Below are positions 28,452 through 38,512 of a DNA stretch of 57,878 bases, one piece after another. The stretch lies in IMG/VR virus record IMGVR_UViG_3300034101_006118. One strand, written 5' to 3'. The position numbers and the translations under genes are program-made. This stretch comes from an uncultured virus (IMG/VR IMGVR_UViG_3300034101_006118) (taxonomy: Duplodnaviria > Heunggongvirae > Uroviricota > Caudoviricetes). Within the stretch, counting starts at the first letter, position 1; the number at the start of each line of letters is the position of its first letter. Under the pieces are notes generated by a model. It had not been told where the DNA came from and made no database searches. It worked only from the letters and a program-made list of their open reading frames with translations.

Positions 28452-28505
28452 TTTTTATTTTTTATCATATGATTTTTTCCATTTTCTTATTGCATTGGTG
28501 CCATT

Positions 28506-28742
28506 ATGACGGAAGACAATGAAATTGAGAAAACTTACACTGCTGCTGGAGCATTATTTTTGGGATTGATTGGTTTGTTATTTGGATCAATGTTATTTGC
28601 TTTTCCATTTATGTATTTTTGGAATAATGTTTTGATTGAGGTTTCTACAATTCTCAAAGAAATTAATTATTGGCAAAGTGTTAGCACGATTATTTTTATT
28701 TTCTTTATTGGAAGATTATTTAATTTTTCAGGGAACAAGTGA
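28506..28742 (+). CDS. small membrane protein
   Basis: Two hydrophobic segments; WN..I.YWQ pattern. Confidence 0.65.
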   Translation: MTEDNEIEKTYTAAGALFLGLIGLLFGSMLFAFPFMYFWNNVLIEVSTILKEINYWQSVSTIIFIFFIGRLFNFSGNK

Positions 28743-29756
28743 AATAAATTCTTCGTGTTTGTAGTTCTTGAAATCATTCACATATGTTATTCTTGTTTTG
28801 ATATCAACTCCCAAAGCATTTTTTACATCTGAAATTAAATTATTTTCATCAAAGTCTTTTGTCTTGATAAGTTGTAGTTCTAGATCATCCAATTCATGCT
28901 GAATGGCTTTGAATCTTGTGATTCCATATTTTTCATAATATGTGATTGAGGCGACAAGTGGCCATTTTTTTCTGCCATCTGGCATTGTGAATAAATTTCT
29001 AACTCTGCCATGTATCTTGGTTATTGTTTGCAGAGTTCTTCCACAACTGCATTCCCCTAACTCAATCACATCGCCATTTTTATATTTTTTGATATAAGGA
29101 TTTGTGAGTGTTGTTATTATTGCATTTCCTTCATCGTCTGCTTCAACAATTTGATTTTCCATGACATGATAATTTTGAGGATTGTCTGGACAACTAATTG
29201 CTATTGTTCCGCATTCTTCAGAGGAATACATAGTTCCTCCTAACTCTCCTGTTGATTTTGCATCAATAAAGTTTGTAATTTTTGTTAAATCAAGCTGCTT
29301 GATTATGCTTGGATAAGAGTGTATGTAATGTGGATTTGCGTATTCAAGTAAAGATTGGATTGATGGTATTGGTTCAAATCCTATTTTGTATACGCTTCCT
29401 TGATTGACAAATATTTCTTTTGGAAATCCCCAATCGTGTTCTGTTTCAAAAGACTTATAGACAGGCTTGATTACTGCGATGTTTTTACTGAAATCCCATT
29501 TTCTCCATTGAATTTCTCGAATATTAGTGGCTATGTACCAGCAATGGTCTGGAATGTATTTTTGTACTATGACAGGTTCACCAGTTGATCCAGAACTTCG
29601 GCATGAAAACAAGCCTTTTTTCATGGGCATTTTTTGTAATTCTGCTCTTGTTAGAATTGGTAGATTTTTGACTAAATCAAAATTTGGCTTATGTTTCCAT
29701 TGAGAATCTTCAAGTAATCGCAAAATGTCTTTTATGATGTCGATGTCTCTTCTCAT
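28728..29756 (-). CDS. phenylacetate-CoA ligase-like adenylate-forming enzyme (PaaK/CapK-like)
   Basis: LPILTR, SSGSTGEP, YPS, YSSEECG, ITTLTN..YxNGD, CSCGRTL..I.GR. Confidence 0.8.
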   Translation of the reverse strand: MRRDIDIIKDILRLLEDSQWKHKPNFDLVKNLPILTRAELQKMPMKKGLFSCRSSGSTGEPVIVQKYIPDHCWYIATNIREIQWRKWDFSKNIAVIKPVYKSFETEHDWGFPKEIFVNQGSVYKIGFEPIPSIQSLLEYANPHYIHSYPSIIKQLDLTKITNFIDAKSTGELGGTMYSSEECGTIAISCPDNPQNYHVMENQIVEADDEGNAIITTLTNPYIKKYKNGDVIELGECSCGRTLQTITKIHGRVRNLFTMPDGRKKWPLVASITYYEKYGITRFKAIQHELDDLELQLIKTKDFDENNLISDVKNALGVDIKTRITYVNDFKNYKHEEFISLVP

Positions 29757-30205
29757 TGGAATCTCCAGACGAAAAAGTAATATTCTTGAAGGTGTCTGGT
29801 AATATAAGGAGTTATCTTAAATTCTTTGGGTTCTGGGAAATATTCGGCTATTCTCATTTCTGGTTGTTTTCTCTTAAAGCTGCGAACTACAAAATTTTTG
29901 CAGCATTTTTGTGCCATTTTGAAAACATTCTTGGCCAATTCCTTATTCAGATTAAGGACTCCATCACCAATGATGTTTTGGTAAAATTCTTTGTTTTCAA
30001 TCCAGTTTCCCTGAATGACATTTGGCCCCTTGATCCAAGGTTCTAAATCCATTTGTTTATCGGAAATAGTAACAAGTTTTTTTGTACATCCCAAAAGAAG
30101 AGTTGATCCTCCTATTGAATATTCTTGATATATTCTGACATCTTCTTTATTGGGATTGAGTGGGTGTGGCTGAGGTTTTTTCCAGTATTCTTGATTTACT
30201 TTCAT
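29753..30205 (-). CDS. hypothetical protein, methyltransferase-like remnant
   Basis: LLLGCTxxL, QGNW, IIGDGVLN; ATGA overlap with ligase gene. Confidence 0.5.
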   Translation of the reverse strand: MKVNQEYWKKPQPHPLNPNKEDVRIYQEYSIGGSTLLLGCTKKLVTISDKQMDLEPWIKGPNVIQGNWIENKEFYQNIIGDGVLNLNKELAKNVFKMAQKCCKNFVVRSFKRKQPEMRIAEYFPEPKEFKITPYITRHLQEYYFFVWRFQ

Positions 30206-30277
30206 GGTTATTCCAAAATGATTTTTTACATGATATATAAGTATTATAGATCATTATCGCTCTGATCGGAGAAAATT

Positions 30278-31312
30278 ATGCTCAATATTGAAGCAGTTTT
30301 GACAAAATTGAATCTTGGATATCAAACAATCACTGAAAACATTATCAATCCATATTATTTCAGCGACAAACCAGATGATACAGGAGTTAACACCAACATT
30401 GATGATGGTGGCGGCGACATGTATGATGATGGAAATTGCCTAAATACAAATCTAACTCAGCTTTATGCCAATATAGATAATGATGGTGCGGATAATGATA
30501 CTGTTCGTGCTAATTCCATTCCATACACTCATACTGTTGCAGTTGCACAAGGAAGTGGAAATTACACCAATCCTCCCATGGATGGAATAATTGCCGATGG
30601 CAGTTCATATTTTGGTGCTGGGAGCCAATATTTTACAAATATGTATCCAGACATGTTTGTAATGGGAGCAACTGGTATTGATATTGAAGAGTTTTCAATC
30701 ACAGGGAATATTGGCGCTGATGAAAATGGTAGTTATGAAGTTAATGTGTTTACTTTGACAAGTAAAGGTCGCCAATTTACATGTTTTAATAAGCAAGTTT
30801 ATGACTCTGGCGATCCATCTATCAATCATTTTATTTTTGTACCCGGAAACGGAAGTGGAATTGTTCATCTTTATGATGATAGCAATGATTATGATGATCA
30901 TTGTTTGCAAAATTTAACTGGAATTGATGAAATTTATTTTCTACTAATTGCAAAAGACGAAAACGAATACATGGACAATTCTGAGCGGCAAATTATTGCT
31001 CAGGCTTTTTTAGATGCTATTGCTGGATCACAAGGATCAAGAGGTCCAACTTATCTTAATCCAAGAATTACATTTAGAGCTAAAACTTATGATGCCACTA
31101 CTCTTATGGGGCAATTGCCACCTGATGGCAATATAGAGAACATCATTAATCAGCTTAAGAATAAAACTGTGTTTGTTCCCGGTTGGCCTAATGCTTTGAA
31201 AAATGGAGATACATTTACCCTTCACGGTCAAGCAGCAAGTGATTTGAAAAGAAAACTTCCACAAATCAATTCAGGTGGAACAGTTCTTGAAATTTTCGAT
31301 GATTCTAATTGA
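30278..31312 (+). CDS. acidic Asp/Asn-rich protein, probably structural
   Basis: IDDGGGDMYDDGN, ITGNIGAD; C-terminal domain shared with 51695..51991. Confidence 0.65.
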   Translation: MLNIEAVLTKLNLGYQTITENIINPYYFSDKPDDTGVNTNIDDGGGDMYDDGNCLNTNLTQLYANIDNDGADNDTVRANSIPYTHTVAVAQGSGNYTNPPMDGIIADGSSYFGAGSQYFTNMYPDMFVMGATGIDIEEFSITGNIGADENGSYEVNVFTLTSKGRQFTCFNKQVYDSGDPSINHFIFVPGNGSGIVHLYDDSNDYDDHCLQNLTGIDEIYFLLIAKDENEYMDNSERQIIAQAFLDAIAGSQGSRGPTYLNPRITFRAKTYDATTLMGQLPPDGNIENIINQLKNKTVFVPGWPNALKNGDTFTLHGQAASDLKRKLPQINSGGTVLEIFDDSN

Positions 31313-31443
31313 ATATAAATTATAAAAGATAAAATTATCACATTTTTTATTTCTCTTCTTTTTTAAGATATATAATATATTCATAAATTTGAAATGAAAA
31401 ATAAAACTTTGTAAAATTTTATTTTCTGTAGAAAGGTAATTTA

Positions 31444-32187
31444 ATGGACTGCACAGTAATCATTCCCACTCTTGAAATGGCCTTGCCAGCAACTGATTTA
31501 ATTGTACAAGAATTAGTTCATAATTCTGAAAATGTAAAGAAGATAATTTTTATAAATAACAGAAAAGAACCAACTTTAGCGGCAAGATATTCAGATTTTT
31601 CTAAGATAGTTTTTTTAGATAATTTGCCAAATTTGATTGTAAATCCTGCATGGAATTATGGCATGAATTTGGTTGAAACCAAGTATTACATTTTACTCAA
31701 TGATGATTTAATTGTAAGTGGAAAATTGATAGATGAGATTATAAAATTACATGAATCTAATGATTCTTTTAATCTTACAACAATAAACACTCATCGAATA
31801 TTTGGCATGACTCCTGATAATTTAGCAAATGCAAAAAAAGAGTTTTCTCAAAGTAAATTATCTATTCCTTTGAAATATAAAAAAGTTCATTACCCCAATT
31901 ATCGTCAAGGATGGTTCATGCTTGGCAAAACTGCTGAGTGGACTCCAATTTATATACCAGCATGTGGTGTGTTGATGAATGGAGATGATTGGATTTATCA
32001 AAGAAATCTTGAAAAATTTGGAGCAGCTATTTTTATTGAAAATAATTATTTATGGCATTTTGAAAGTACATCTTCCAATCATGTGTCTCATGGAAGAAAT
32101 GATGTAATTGAAAGTGTTGCAAAACCATTAGAACTAGACCATGAATTGATTGTTAGAAATTATGGAAATATTTTTTTGGGCAAATAA
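31444..32187 (+). CDS. glycosyltransferase family 2-like
   Basis: VIIPT, VNPAWNYG, LLNDD, GDDW. Confidence 0.75.
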   Translation: MDCTVIIPTLEMALPATDLIVQELVHNSENVKKIIFINNRKEPTLAARYSDFSKIVFLDNLPNLIVNPAWNYGMNLVETKYYILLNDDLIVSGKLIDEIIKLHESNDSFNLTTINTHRIFGMTPDNLANAKKEFSQSKLSIPLKYKKVHYPNYRQGWFMLGKTAEWTPIYIPACGVLMNGDDWIYQRNLEKFGAAIFIENNYLWHFESTSSNHVSHGRNDVIESVAKPLELDHELIVRNYGNIFLGK

Positions 32188-32192
32188 TTAAG

Positions 32193-32666
32193 ATGAAAAC
32201 TTTAGTTTTAGCGAGATATAATGAAAACATTTCATGGTCAAGTAAATATGACCATGTTTATATTGTTCAGAAGGAAAGAGATTTGCCAAATAAAGGAAGA
32301 GAGTCTTCATCTTATATTTGGTGGGTAATTCAAAATTATGAAAAATTACCAGAAAAAGTGCATTTTTTACAAGGCAATCCATTTGCTCACACAAACGATA
32401 ATTTGGAATCGACTTATTTTCCTGAAACTGATAGAAATGGCTGTGCGCTTCATTGCGGTTTGAAATTTGAAGAAATAACTATACCTCTTGGAATAGAGTT
32501 GCCAGAAAGATGGTCATTTCCTGCTGGAGCAAATTTTGAAGTCACTAAAAGTGAAATTTTGAAATATAAGTATGATTGGTATAAAAAAGCTTATAATCTG
32601 TCTATGAATCACGAACAAGCGCCTTGGATTTTTGAGCGTTTATGGTGTTTGATATACAAATTATAA
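32193..32666 (+). CDS. DUF3431-like protein
   Basis: LVLARYNE, NKGRE, NYExLP..FLQGxPFxH, GANF, FERLW. Confidence 0.75.
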   Translation: MKTLVLARYNENISWSSKYDHVYIVQKERDLPNKGRESSSYIWWVIQNYEKLPEKVHFLQGNPFAHTNDNLESTYFPETDRNGCALHCGLKFEEITIPLGIELPERWSFPAGANFEVTKSEILKYKYDWYKKAYNLSMNHEQAPWIFERLWCLIYKL

Positions 32667-32683
32667 AAAAGGAAAAATTAAAT

Positions 32684-33766
32684 TTGAAAAGAGTATTAGT
32701 TGTTGGTTGCGGGTTGTATGGGGCAACAGTAGCCAGATTGTTATGTAAAAATTTTCGAGTGTATTTAATTGATAAAAGAAATCATATAGGCGGTAATTGT
32801 TATTCAGAATTCAAAAATAACATACATGTTCACAAATATGGACCACATGCATTTCATACCAATAGTGTAAAAATATGGGATTTTATAAGACAATATTCGG
32901 ATTTTAACGATTTTAGGCTTAAAGTTATAGTAAATTATGATGGAAAGTACTATAACTTCCCAATAAATCTTATAACTCTGAATAATATTCTAGGCATAAA
33001 GAATTTGAAAGAAGCCGAAGAGTTTATTCAAAATAGAAAAGAAAATAATCAAAATTTTCAAGATTTTGTTATATCAAAGGTCGGCGTAAATTTGTATAAA
33101 ATATTTTATGAAGGTTATACGACTAAACAATGGAATAAAAACCCAATTGAATTACCGGCATCAATAGCAAAAAGAATTCCTATAAGACTGGATTTTGATG
33201 AAAATTATTTTACAGATAAATATCAAGGCGTTCCGATAAATGGTTATACTAGAATGTTTGAAAATATGCTGGATCATAAAAATATAGAATTTAATTTGAA
33301 TGTGGATTTTTTTGATAACAAGAAATCATTAATTAATGATTTCGACCATGTGATTTATACTGGAAAAATTGATCAATTTTTTGATTATCAAGATGGAGTT
33401 CTTGAATATAGGTCTTTGAAATTTCGAGAAGAGTATCACGATTCTACTTTTCAAGGAAACGCTCAAATTAATTATACAAACGCAGAAATACCTTACACAA
33501 GAATAGTTGAACATAAATTTTTTCACAATCCATCAATTAAACACACAATTGTAACTTACGAATATCCAGATGACTATAATCCAGAAAAAATACCTTATTA
33601 CCCTATTGAAACTGAAAACAATAAATTATTGTATTTCAAATATAAGTCACTTGCAGATGAGATGGAAAATTTTACATTCGGAGGTCGCCTTGGCACATAT
33701 TCATATATGAACATGGATCAAATAATTGGCAAGGCGATGAATGATTGTGAAAAAATAAATATTTAG
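32684..33766 (+). CDS. glf: UDP-galactopyranose mutase
   Basis: GCGLYG, HIGGNCY, HKYGPHxFHT, YTTKQW, YQGVP, LEYRSL, RIVEHK, PYYP, GRLGTYxYxNMD. Confidence 0.95.
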   Translation: MKRVLVVGCGLYGATVARLLCKNFRVYLIDKRNHIGGNCYSEFKNNIHVHKYGPHAFHTNSVKIWDFIRQYSDFNDFRLKVIVNYDGKYYNFPINLITLNNILGIKNLKEAEEFIQNRKENNQNFQDFVISKVGVNLYKIFYEGYTTKQWNKNPIELPASIAKRIPIRLDFDENYFTDKYQGVPINGYTRMFENMLDHKNIEFNLNVDFFDNKKSLINDFDHVIYTGKIDQFFDYQDGVLEYRSLKFREEYHDSTFQGNAQINYTNAEIPYTRIVEHKFFHNPSIKHTIVTYEYPDDYNPEKIPYYPIETENNKLLYFKYKSLADEMENFTFGGRLGTYSYMNMDQIIGKAMNDCEKINI

Positions 33767-34530
33767 TTTTTTTGCCAAAAAACTCCGCAGCCATCTATGT
33801 GTGTTAAAGGTGTTGTTATTTTATTTCTTTCTCTAAACACAATTGTTGCTCTTTGACATCCTCTTACTGCGCTGTAGTCATCAATAATTACAAATCCTTG
33901 GTTCTCAACTTTATGATAGCAAGAATCAAAAACATCCATAGTTGATTTATACATGTCTCCATCCATGCGTAAAATGCATAGTTTTTTTATGTCTTGGTTA
34001 TTTGGCAATGTATCTGAAAACCAGCCTTTCAAAAATATGACATTCTCGTCCAATTCTTGATGCATTTCAAAGTTTTTCTTAACTTCTTCCAGAGAAACCT
34101 GAAGAAATTCCATTGTGTGATGATGATCTCCTTCATCTTCTGGATGTTCAGGTTTTGGCAATCCTTCAAATGAATCGGCAACAAAAACTTTTTTGTTCAT
34201 ATTGTATAGTTGAAAATATTTTTTGACGAATATACATGCTCCGCCACGCCATACTCCAGTTTCTATAAAGTCGCCATCAATATTATTTATTCTGACTTCA
34301 TCAAGACATTTGTGCAAGTTATTCAAGCGCATGATTCCTATCATAGTTTGCGCTCTTTGAGGCCAGTCAGAGCCATTTTTCCTATTGGCTGGTACTGAAG
34401 TTTTTAGAATATTTTGAATTTCTTGATCATTTGGGTATTGATTTGTTTCAAAATATTTTTGAAAAATGTCTTCATCATTGACGGTATCTGTTAAAATTCT
34501 TTTTAGGAATTCCAGTTTCAAATCAATCAC
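33763..34530 (-). CDS. TylF/MycF/NovP-type O-methyltransferase
   Basis: TMIG, GDFIETGVWRGG, DSFEGLP, GWFxDTLP, LRMDGDMY, IIDDY. Confidence 0.92.
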   Translation of the reverse strand: MIDLKLEFLKRILTDTVNDEDIFQKYFETNQYPNDQEIQNILKTSVPANRKNGSDWPQRAQTMIGIMRLNNLHKCLDEVRINNIDGDFIETGVWRGGACIFVKKYFQLYNMNKKVFVADSFEGLPKPEHPEDEGDHHHTMEFLQVSLEEVKKNFEMHQELDENVIFLKGWFSDTLPNNQDIKKLCILRMDGDMYKSTMDVFDSCYHKVENQGFVIIDDYSAVRGCQRATIVFRERNKITTPLTHIDGCGVFWQKN

Positions 34531-35104
34531 AAATTCTCCTTAGGATTGTTAATCCGTTGTTGTTGACATAAACTTTATGGATTTCCCATTTTTTGCCTTC
34601 ATGTGTATGCAAGAATTCATCAATTGCAGGAAGAAGTCCTTGTTTATCAGAATCGATATTTTTTAGTTTACAATCTGGCCAATATATTGGTTCATCTAAA
34701 TTTCCATATGTTGTTGTATCATGCAAGATAATATATTTTTTTGTTTTATGTGAATGTAATTCAAGTTCTTTTTTAAGCTGAAGATATCTGTGTAAGGTGT
34801 CTATGAAAAGCAATTCTGTTTCTTCAATTTCTACATCAAGAACATCAGCATTGATGTATTGAAAATTAATTTCTTCTTTTTCCGCTTCTCTCTTTACATC
34901 GCTCATGTCAATAACTGATATATCATAGCATTTGAATGTTTTTGGTTTGCCTGCGAGTAGAGCCCATGTAGACACAATTCCTCTTACTCCCATTTCGGTG
35001 ATATGTTGGCATTTTGCCGCATAGTTTTTCAGCGTTTCAAGATGCTGATTAATGTCTGATTCTGTGTTTTTTTTAAGTTCGTAATTTTGGTTTATTATCG
35101 ACAT
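34523..35104 (-). CDS. class I SAM-dependent methyltransferase (Methyltransf_24-like)
   Basis: EMGVRGxVST, LFIDTLH, IILHDT, NNNGLT. Confidence 0.8.
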   Translation of the reverse strand: MSIINQNYELKKNTESDINQHLETLKNYAAKCQHITEMGVRGIVSTWALLAGKPKTFKCYDISVIDMSDVKREAEKEEINFQYINADVLDVEIEETELLFIDTLHRYLQLKKELELHSHKTKKYIILHDTTTYGNLDEPIYWPDCKLKNIDSDKQGLLPAIDEFLHTHEGKKWEIHKVYVNNNGLTILRRICD

Positions 35105-35133
35105 AATTCCTCAATTGTTGTTTACATATAATT

Positions 35134-35547
35134 ATGGCAGCAAAGTTAGGTTTTCAAGAATATGTTCTATTAAAAGAGGGCAACAGCCGTACCGCTCTCA
35201 AGACATTGCTTTATCCTCTTTCGTATGGAGGATTGGGCAATTATCCTCCTGCTCACTACCTTCCTCAAGCAGCGGATGCTATTCTCTATGTTTCTCAAGA
35301 TGAAAGATTGTACTGTAATGGCGACAAGTCTCCGTTCGATATAACTCATATTCCCGGTCATAAACAATATGGAGACAAGGTCAATAACGGTGAGGGCAAG
35401 CCTTGGGATATTCATTTAGTTCCCGGCAAGCCAAGAGAGCCGCTTGATCATGATCTTCCCGGCAAACAAATTCCTTACAAAGGATTTGTGAGGCTCATTA
35501 CTAACATAAAATGTATTAGTCCCAAAGGACATAATTTGCCTGATTGA
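35134..35547 (+). CDS. hypothetical protein, possible head-internal protein
   Basis: LGFQEYVLLKE N-terminus. Confidence 0.65.
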   Translation: MAAKLGFQEYVLLKEGNSRTALKTLLYPLSYGGLGNYPPAHYLPQAADAILYVSQDERLYCNGDKSPFDITHIPGHKQYGDKVNNGEGKPWDIHLVPGKPREPLDHDLPGKQIPYKGFVRLITNIKCISPKGHNLPD

Positions 35548-35552
35548 ACATT

Positions 35553-35569
35553 CCGTCAACTCCTGACGG
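35553..35569 (+). promoter_or_regulatory. conserved leader hairpin copy 4 (CCGTCA-ACTCC-TGACGG)
   Basis: Perfect palindrome, just upstream of GGAG SD. Confidence 0.75.
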
Positions 35570-35582
35570 ATGGAGAGTAAAA

Positions 35583-35810
35583 ATGAATGATAAACACATG
35601 AGAACATTGGCCGCTTTTGAGCAAGTCGGGGCCTTTCTGAACATATTTGCCAATTTCCTTTATTCTTATCACAAAGACCTCGTCAACGCTGGATTCCAAA
35701 GAGACGAAGCATTAAAATTGGTTAGGCAGCTACAAGCGACAATATTTAAGGAATCATTTAACAATAGCACAACAAATGATCCTGATTTGGATCGGGATTA
35801 CGAAGAATAA
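35583..35810 (+). CDS. hypothetical protein
   Basis: GGAG SD; LVxAGFxRxEA motif. Confidence 0.65.
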   Translation: MNDKHMRTLAAFEQVGAFLNIFANFLYSYHKDLVNAGFQRDEALKLVRQLQATIFKESFNNSTTNDPDLDRDYEE

Positions 35811-35892
35811 TTCTTAGTGTTTGGTGAAAATATATCGCCATGCTGAATCATTTTTTTAGACATCGCCTTCAGAATCTTAAATAGATTAGGAG

Positions 35893-36489
35893 GTGACTGT
35901 GTTTGCACATCGGAAAGTGCTTGTTCTCAATAAATCTTGGAGAGCCATTGGCATTATCACTCTTGAAAAGGCCATGGCAAAGATATTTTCTACTTATGAT
36001 GATGGAACACCAAAGGCGAAAATTATTGATCCTAGCAATAATTTCATGCTTTTTGAGTGGGAAGAATGGTCGATGATAAGACCATCTGAAGGCGAGTTGA
36101 AAATAAGGACAATTAACAACTCTTTTAGAGTTCCAGAGGTTATTCAGTATACCAAATACGATAAAATGCCTTCTACCAAGGCGCACTTCAATAGAAAGAG
36201 TTTGTATCGAAGAGACAGAAGTACATGTCAATATTGCGGCGAGAAAAAAATAGCCGAGCAGCTTTCATTGGATCATGTTTTGCCAAGATGTCAGGGAGGC
36301 ATGACTAATTGGGAAAACATTGTTGTTGCTTGCAAGGATTGCAATTCAAAGAAGGCTGGAAGAACTCCCAAGCAAGCTGGCATGAAATTATTGAAAGAAC
36401 CCAAAAGGCCATTGTCAAGTTTGTATCTTGATGAATTGCATATTGAATCATGGTCGCATTTCTTGAATTTTGATGACATTATTTCTTGA
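35893..36489 (+). CDS. HNH endonuclease
   Basis: VLVLNxSW, RDxxTCQYCG, DHVLP..GG..WENIVxACxxCNxxK. Confidence 0.9.
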   Translation: MTVFAHRKVLVLNKSWRAIGIITLEKAMAKIFSTYDDGTPKAKIIDPSNNFMLFEWEEWSMIRPSEGELKIRTINNSFRVPEVIQYTKYDKMPSTKAHFNRKSLYRRDRSTCQYCGEKKIAEQLSLDHVLPRCQGGMTNWENIVVACKDCNSKKAGRTPKQAGMKLLKEPKRPLSSLYLDELHIESWSHFLNFDDIIS

Positions 36490-36514
36490 TTTGATTTGCC
36501 GATCATGCTAAAAT
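36486..36514 (+). promoter_or_regulatory. sigma70-like promoter (extended -10)
   Basis: TTGATT-17bp-TAAAAT with TG extension. Confidence 0.55.
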
Positions 36515-36526
36515 CAAGTTGATAAA

Positions 36527-36543
36527 CCGTCTTTTTCAGACGG
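36527..36543 (+). promoter_or_regulatory. conserved leader hairpin copy 5 (CCGTCT-TTTTC-AGACGG)
   Basis: Compensatory T-A pair; lies just after the promoter. Confidence 0.7.
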
Positions 36544-36569
36544 CGCAACAGTAAAAAAGAGATTTGTCT

Positions 36570-36779
36570 ATGTGGTTAAAACTTTCTACAAGCTGGCTCA
36601 ACATGAGCAATATTGTTCGTGTTGAGTTTATTGAGGAAAAGACGAGCCGTTTAGCAACTGTTATTTCAGTAAAACCGGGTGGATCAGATAAGACTGTTTA
36701 CGGTTCTGATGATGCTTTGCTAATCGAAAAATATTTGACTTCTACTCAAAGTCAAAAAAGTAAAAAAAGCTCTTCATGA
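36570..36779 (+). CDS. hypothetical protein
   Basis: MWLK..WLNMxNI pattern. Confidence 0.55.
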   Translation: MWLKLSTSWLNMSNIVRVEFIEEKTSRLATVISVKPGGSDKTVYGSDDALLIEKYLTSTQSQKSKKSSS

Positions 36780-36786
36780 GGCTGAT

Positions 36787-37869
36787 ATGATACCAACAAT
36801 ATTCACTCTACTTGCTTCTGCTGTAGGATTTTGGGCTTTTTGCAAATACATCTTACTTGTTGAGATCAGAGTGGACTCTGATATCTACAAGACTTTGTTT
36901 GACCATTTTAGGAATTCAAATAAATTTACCTTGAACGAAGAGTTTACATCGGAATCGAGACATCCAGTCCTTTACATAGCATTCGTTTTTTCTGATAAGA
37001 CTCCTTGGTTTTTACTTTCACATAGTGAAAGATTGTTACAGGCTGGTTGGCACGGTAAAGATCATGTCACCATGATTTTTTGTTTGCGTTGGAATTATAA
37101 GGCAATAAAGCAATTTCTTTCTCACGAATTAAAGGAATCAAGCCTTAAAACATTAGGAATTCCAGTCCGCATTTTGCTTCCTTATAGTGTTGATAAAATT
37201 GGTTCAATTAAGCAGAAAGCTCCAGAGCCAATAATGAATCGTTCTTTATGGGGTGATATTGATGATGATATTTATGAGATGTTACAAGGTAAAAGGTTAA
37301 AGACAGGTGCTATTTTGTATGGTCTGCCGGGAAATGGCAAAAGTAGTTTAGTTAAATATATTTCAACCAAATATAACTTGCCAATCATGATTTTCACTCT
37401 AAATCCAGAGTGGAGTAATCACGATTTATTGATTATGTTTTCAAACATTCCCAAAAAATGCATTGTTTTAATGGAAGATTTTGACAATTATTTTGACAAG
37501 AGACAATGCATTATGGGCTCATCTGATAAGGTTGGAGTTAAATTTACCTTTGATATTTTCTTGAATGGTCTTGATGGTGTTTACAACACATATGAGAATG
37601 TCGTTTTTATCATGACTGCAAACGACATTGAAAAGATAGATGATGCCATCAAGCAAAGGCCTAGTAGGTTCAAGTTTCTAAAGCATTTCCATAATCCAGA
37701 TATGGAAACAAGATTGAAACTTCTTCCTCAAGATTGGGCAAAATCAACAGATGGCCTTAATCTTGATCAGATTTTCAAGATATCTGAATTGCATCGAAAT
37801 GGATGCGAATTTGAATTGGCCTTACAGAAAATTGATCGTCGCCAACAGATTCAGCCTACTGTTGGCTGA
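36787..37869 (+). CDS. BCS1-like AAA+ ATPase with N-terminal TM anchor
   Basis: LYGLPGNGKSS, LMEDFD, LNGLDG, MTAN, DxAxxxRPSRF. Confidence 0.85.
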   Translation: MIPTIFTLLASAVGFWAFCKYILLVEIRVDSDIYKTLFDHFRNSNKFTLNEEFTSESRHPVLYIAFVFSDKTPWFLLSHSERLLQAGWHGKDHVTMIFCLRWNYKAIKQFLSHELKESSLKTLGIPVRILLPYSVDKIGSIKQKAPEPIMNRSLWGDIDDDIYEMLQGKRLKTGAILYGLPGNGKSSLVKYISTKYNLPIMIFTLNPEWSNHDLLIMFSNIPKKCIVLMEDFDNYFDKRQCIMGSSDKVGVKFTFDIFLNGLDGVYNTYENVVFIMTANDIEKIDDAIKQRPSRFKFLKHFHNPDMETRLKLLPQDWAKSTDGLNLDQIFKISELHRNGCEFELALQKIDRRQQIQPTVG

Positions 37870-38491
37870 TCGTCCACATAAATTTATTATTGCTAAATGT
37901 GGTGACTCGTCCCAAGGTGTCTGCAACAGCTTGTTTTATTGGTGGATGAAACCAGTCATCTCCAACAAGTATTCCTCCTTGTTTGACTAGTTTTGAGTAG
38001 TTCGTAAGATCATTTTTAACCGAATCGTATTCATGACCAGCATCGATGTATATAAAATCTGCTTGAATGCCATATTTTTTCAAAACTAAAGCTCCATTTA
38101 TTGAATCAATTGGAAATGGAGTGATATATTCTGTTGTTTCAGTGTGGATTACATTTGAAATAAACTGATCGTAAATTGTTGGCTTTCCATTTTTGAATTT
38201 GGAAATGGGTAATTTTTCATCTTCGTGAGTCCAATGTTCGACAGAGCCGAGCCAAGTATCAATGCAAAGAATTTCTGTATTAAGACCTAATCTTTTACAT
38301 ATTTTTGCCATGTTGATGGCCGATCTTCCTTTCCATGATCCAACCTCAATAATTCTTTGAGGTTTGAAATTTTGGATTACAAAATCAAAGATTGGAGAAT
38401 CGCTTGCCCAGCCCTGCAAGTCAATTTCTAAAGGTTGAAAATCTGCATATATGTCGTGATTTCCATAAATTATTTTCCTCATTTCTTTCAT
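37856..38491 (-). CDS. class I SAM-dependent methyltransferase (Methyltransf_24)
   Basis: IEVGSWKGRS, CIDTW, IYIDAGHxY, GGILVGDD. Confidence 0.88.
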   Translation of the reverse strand: MKEMRKIIYGNHDIYADFQPLEIDLQGWASDSPIFDFVIQNFKPQRIIEVGSWKGRSAINMAKICKRLGLNTEILCIDTWLGSVEHWTHEDEKLPISKFKNGKPTIYDQFISNVIHTETTEYITPFPIDSINGALVLKKYGIQADFIYIDAGHEYDSVKNDLTNYSKLVKQGGILVGDDWFHPPIKQAVADTLGRVTTFSNNKFMWTISQQ

Positions 38492-38512
38492 GAAAAATTT
38501 CTCCCTCTAAAT

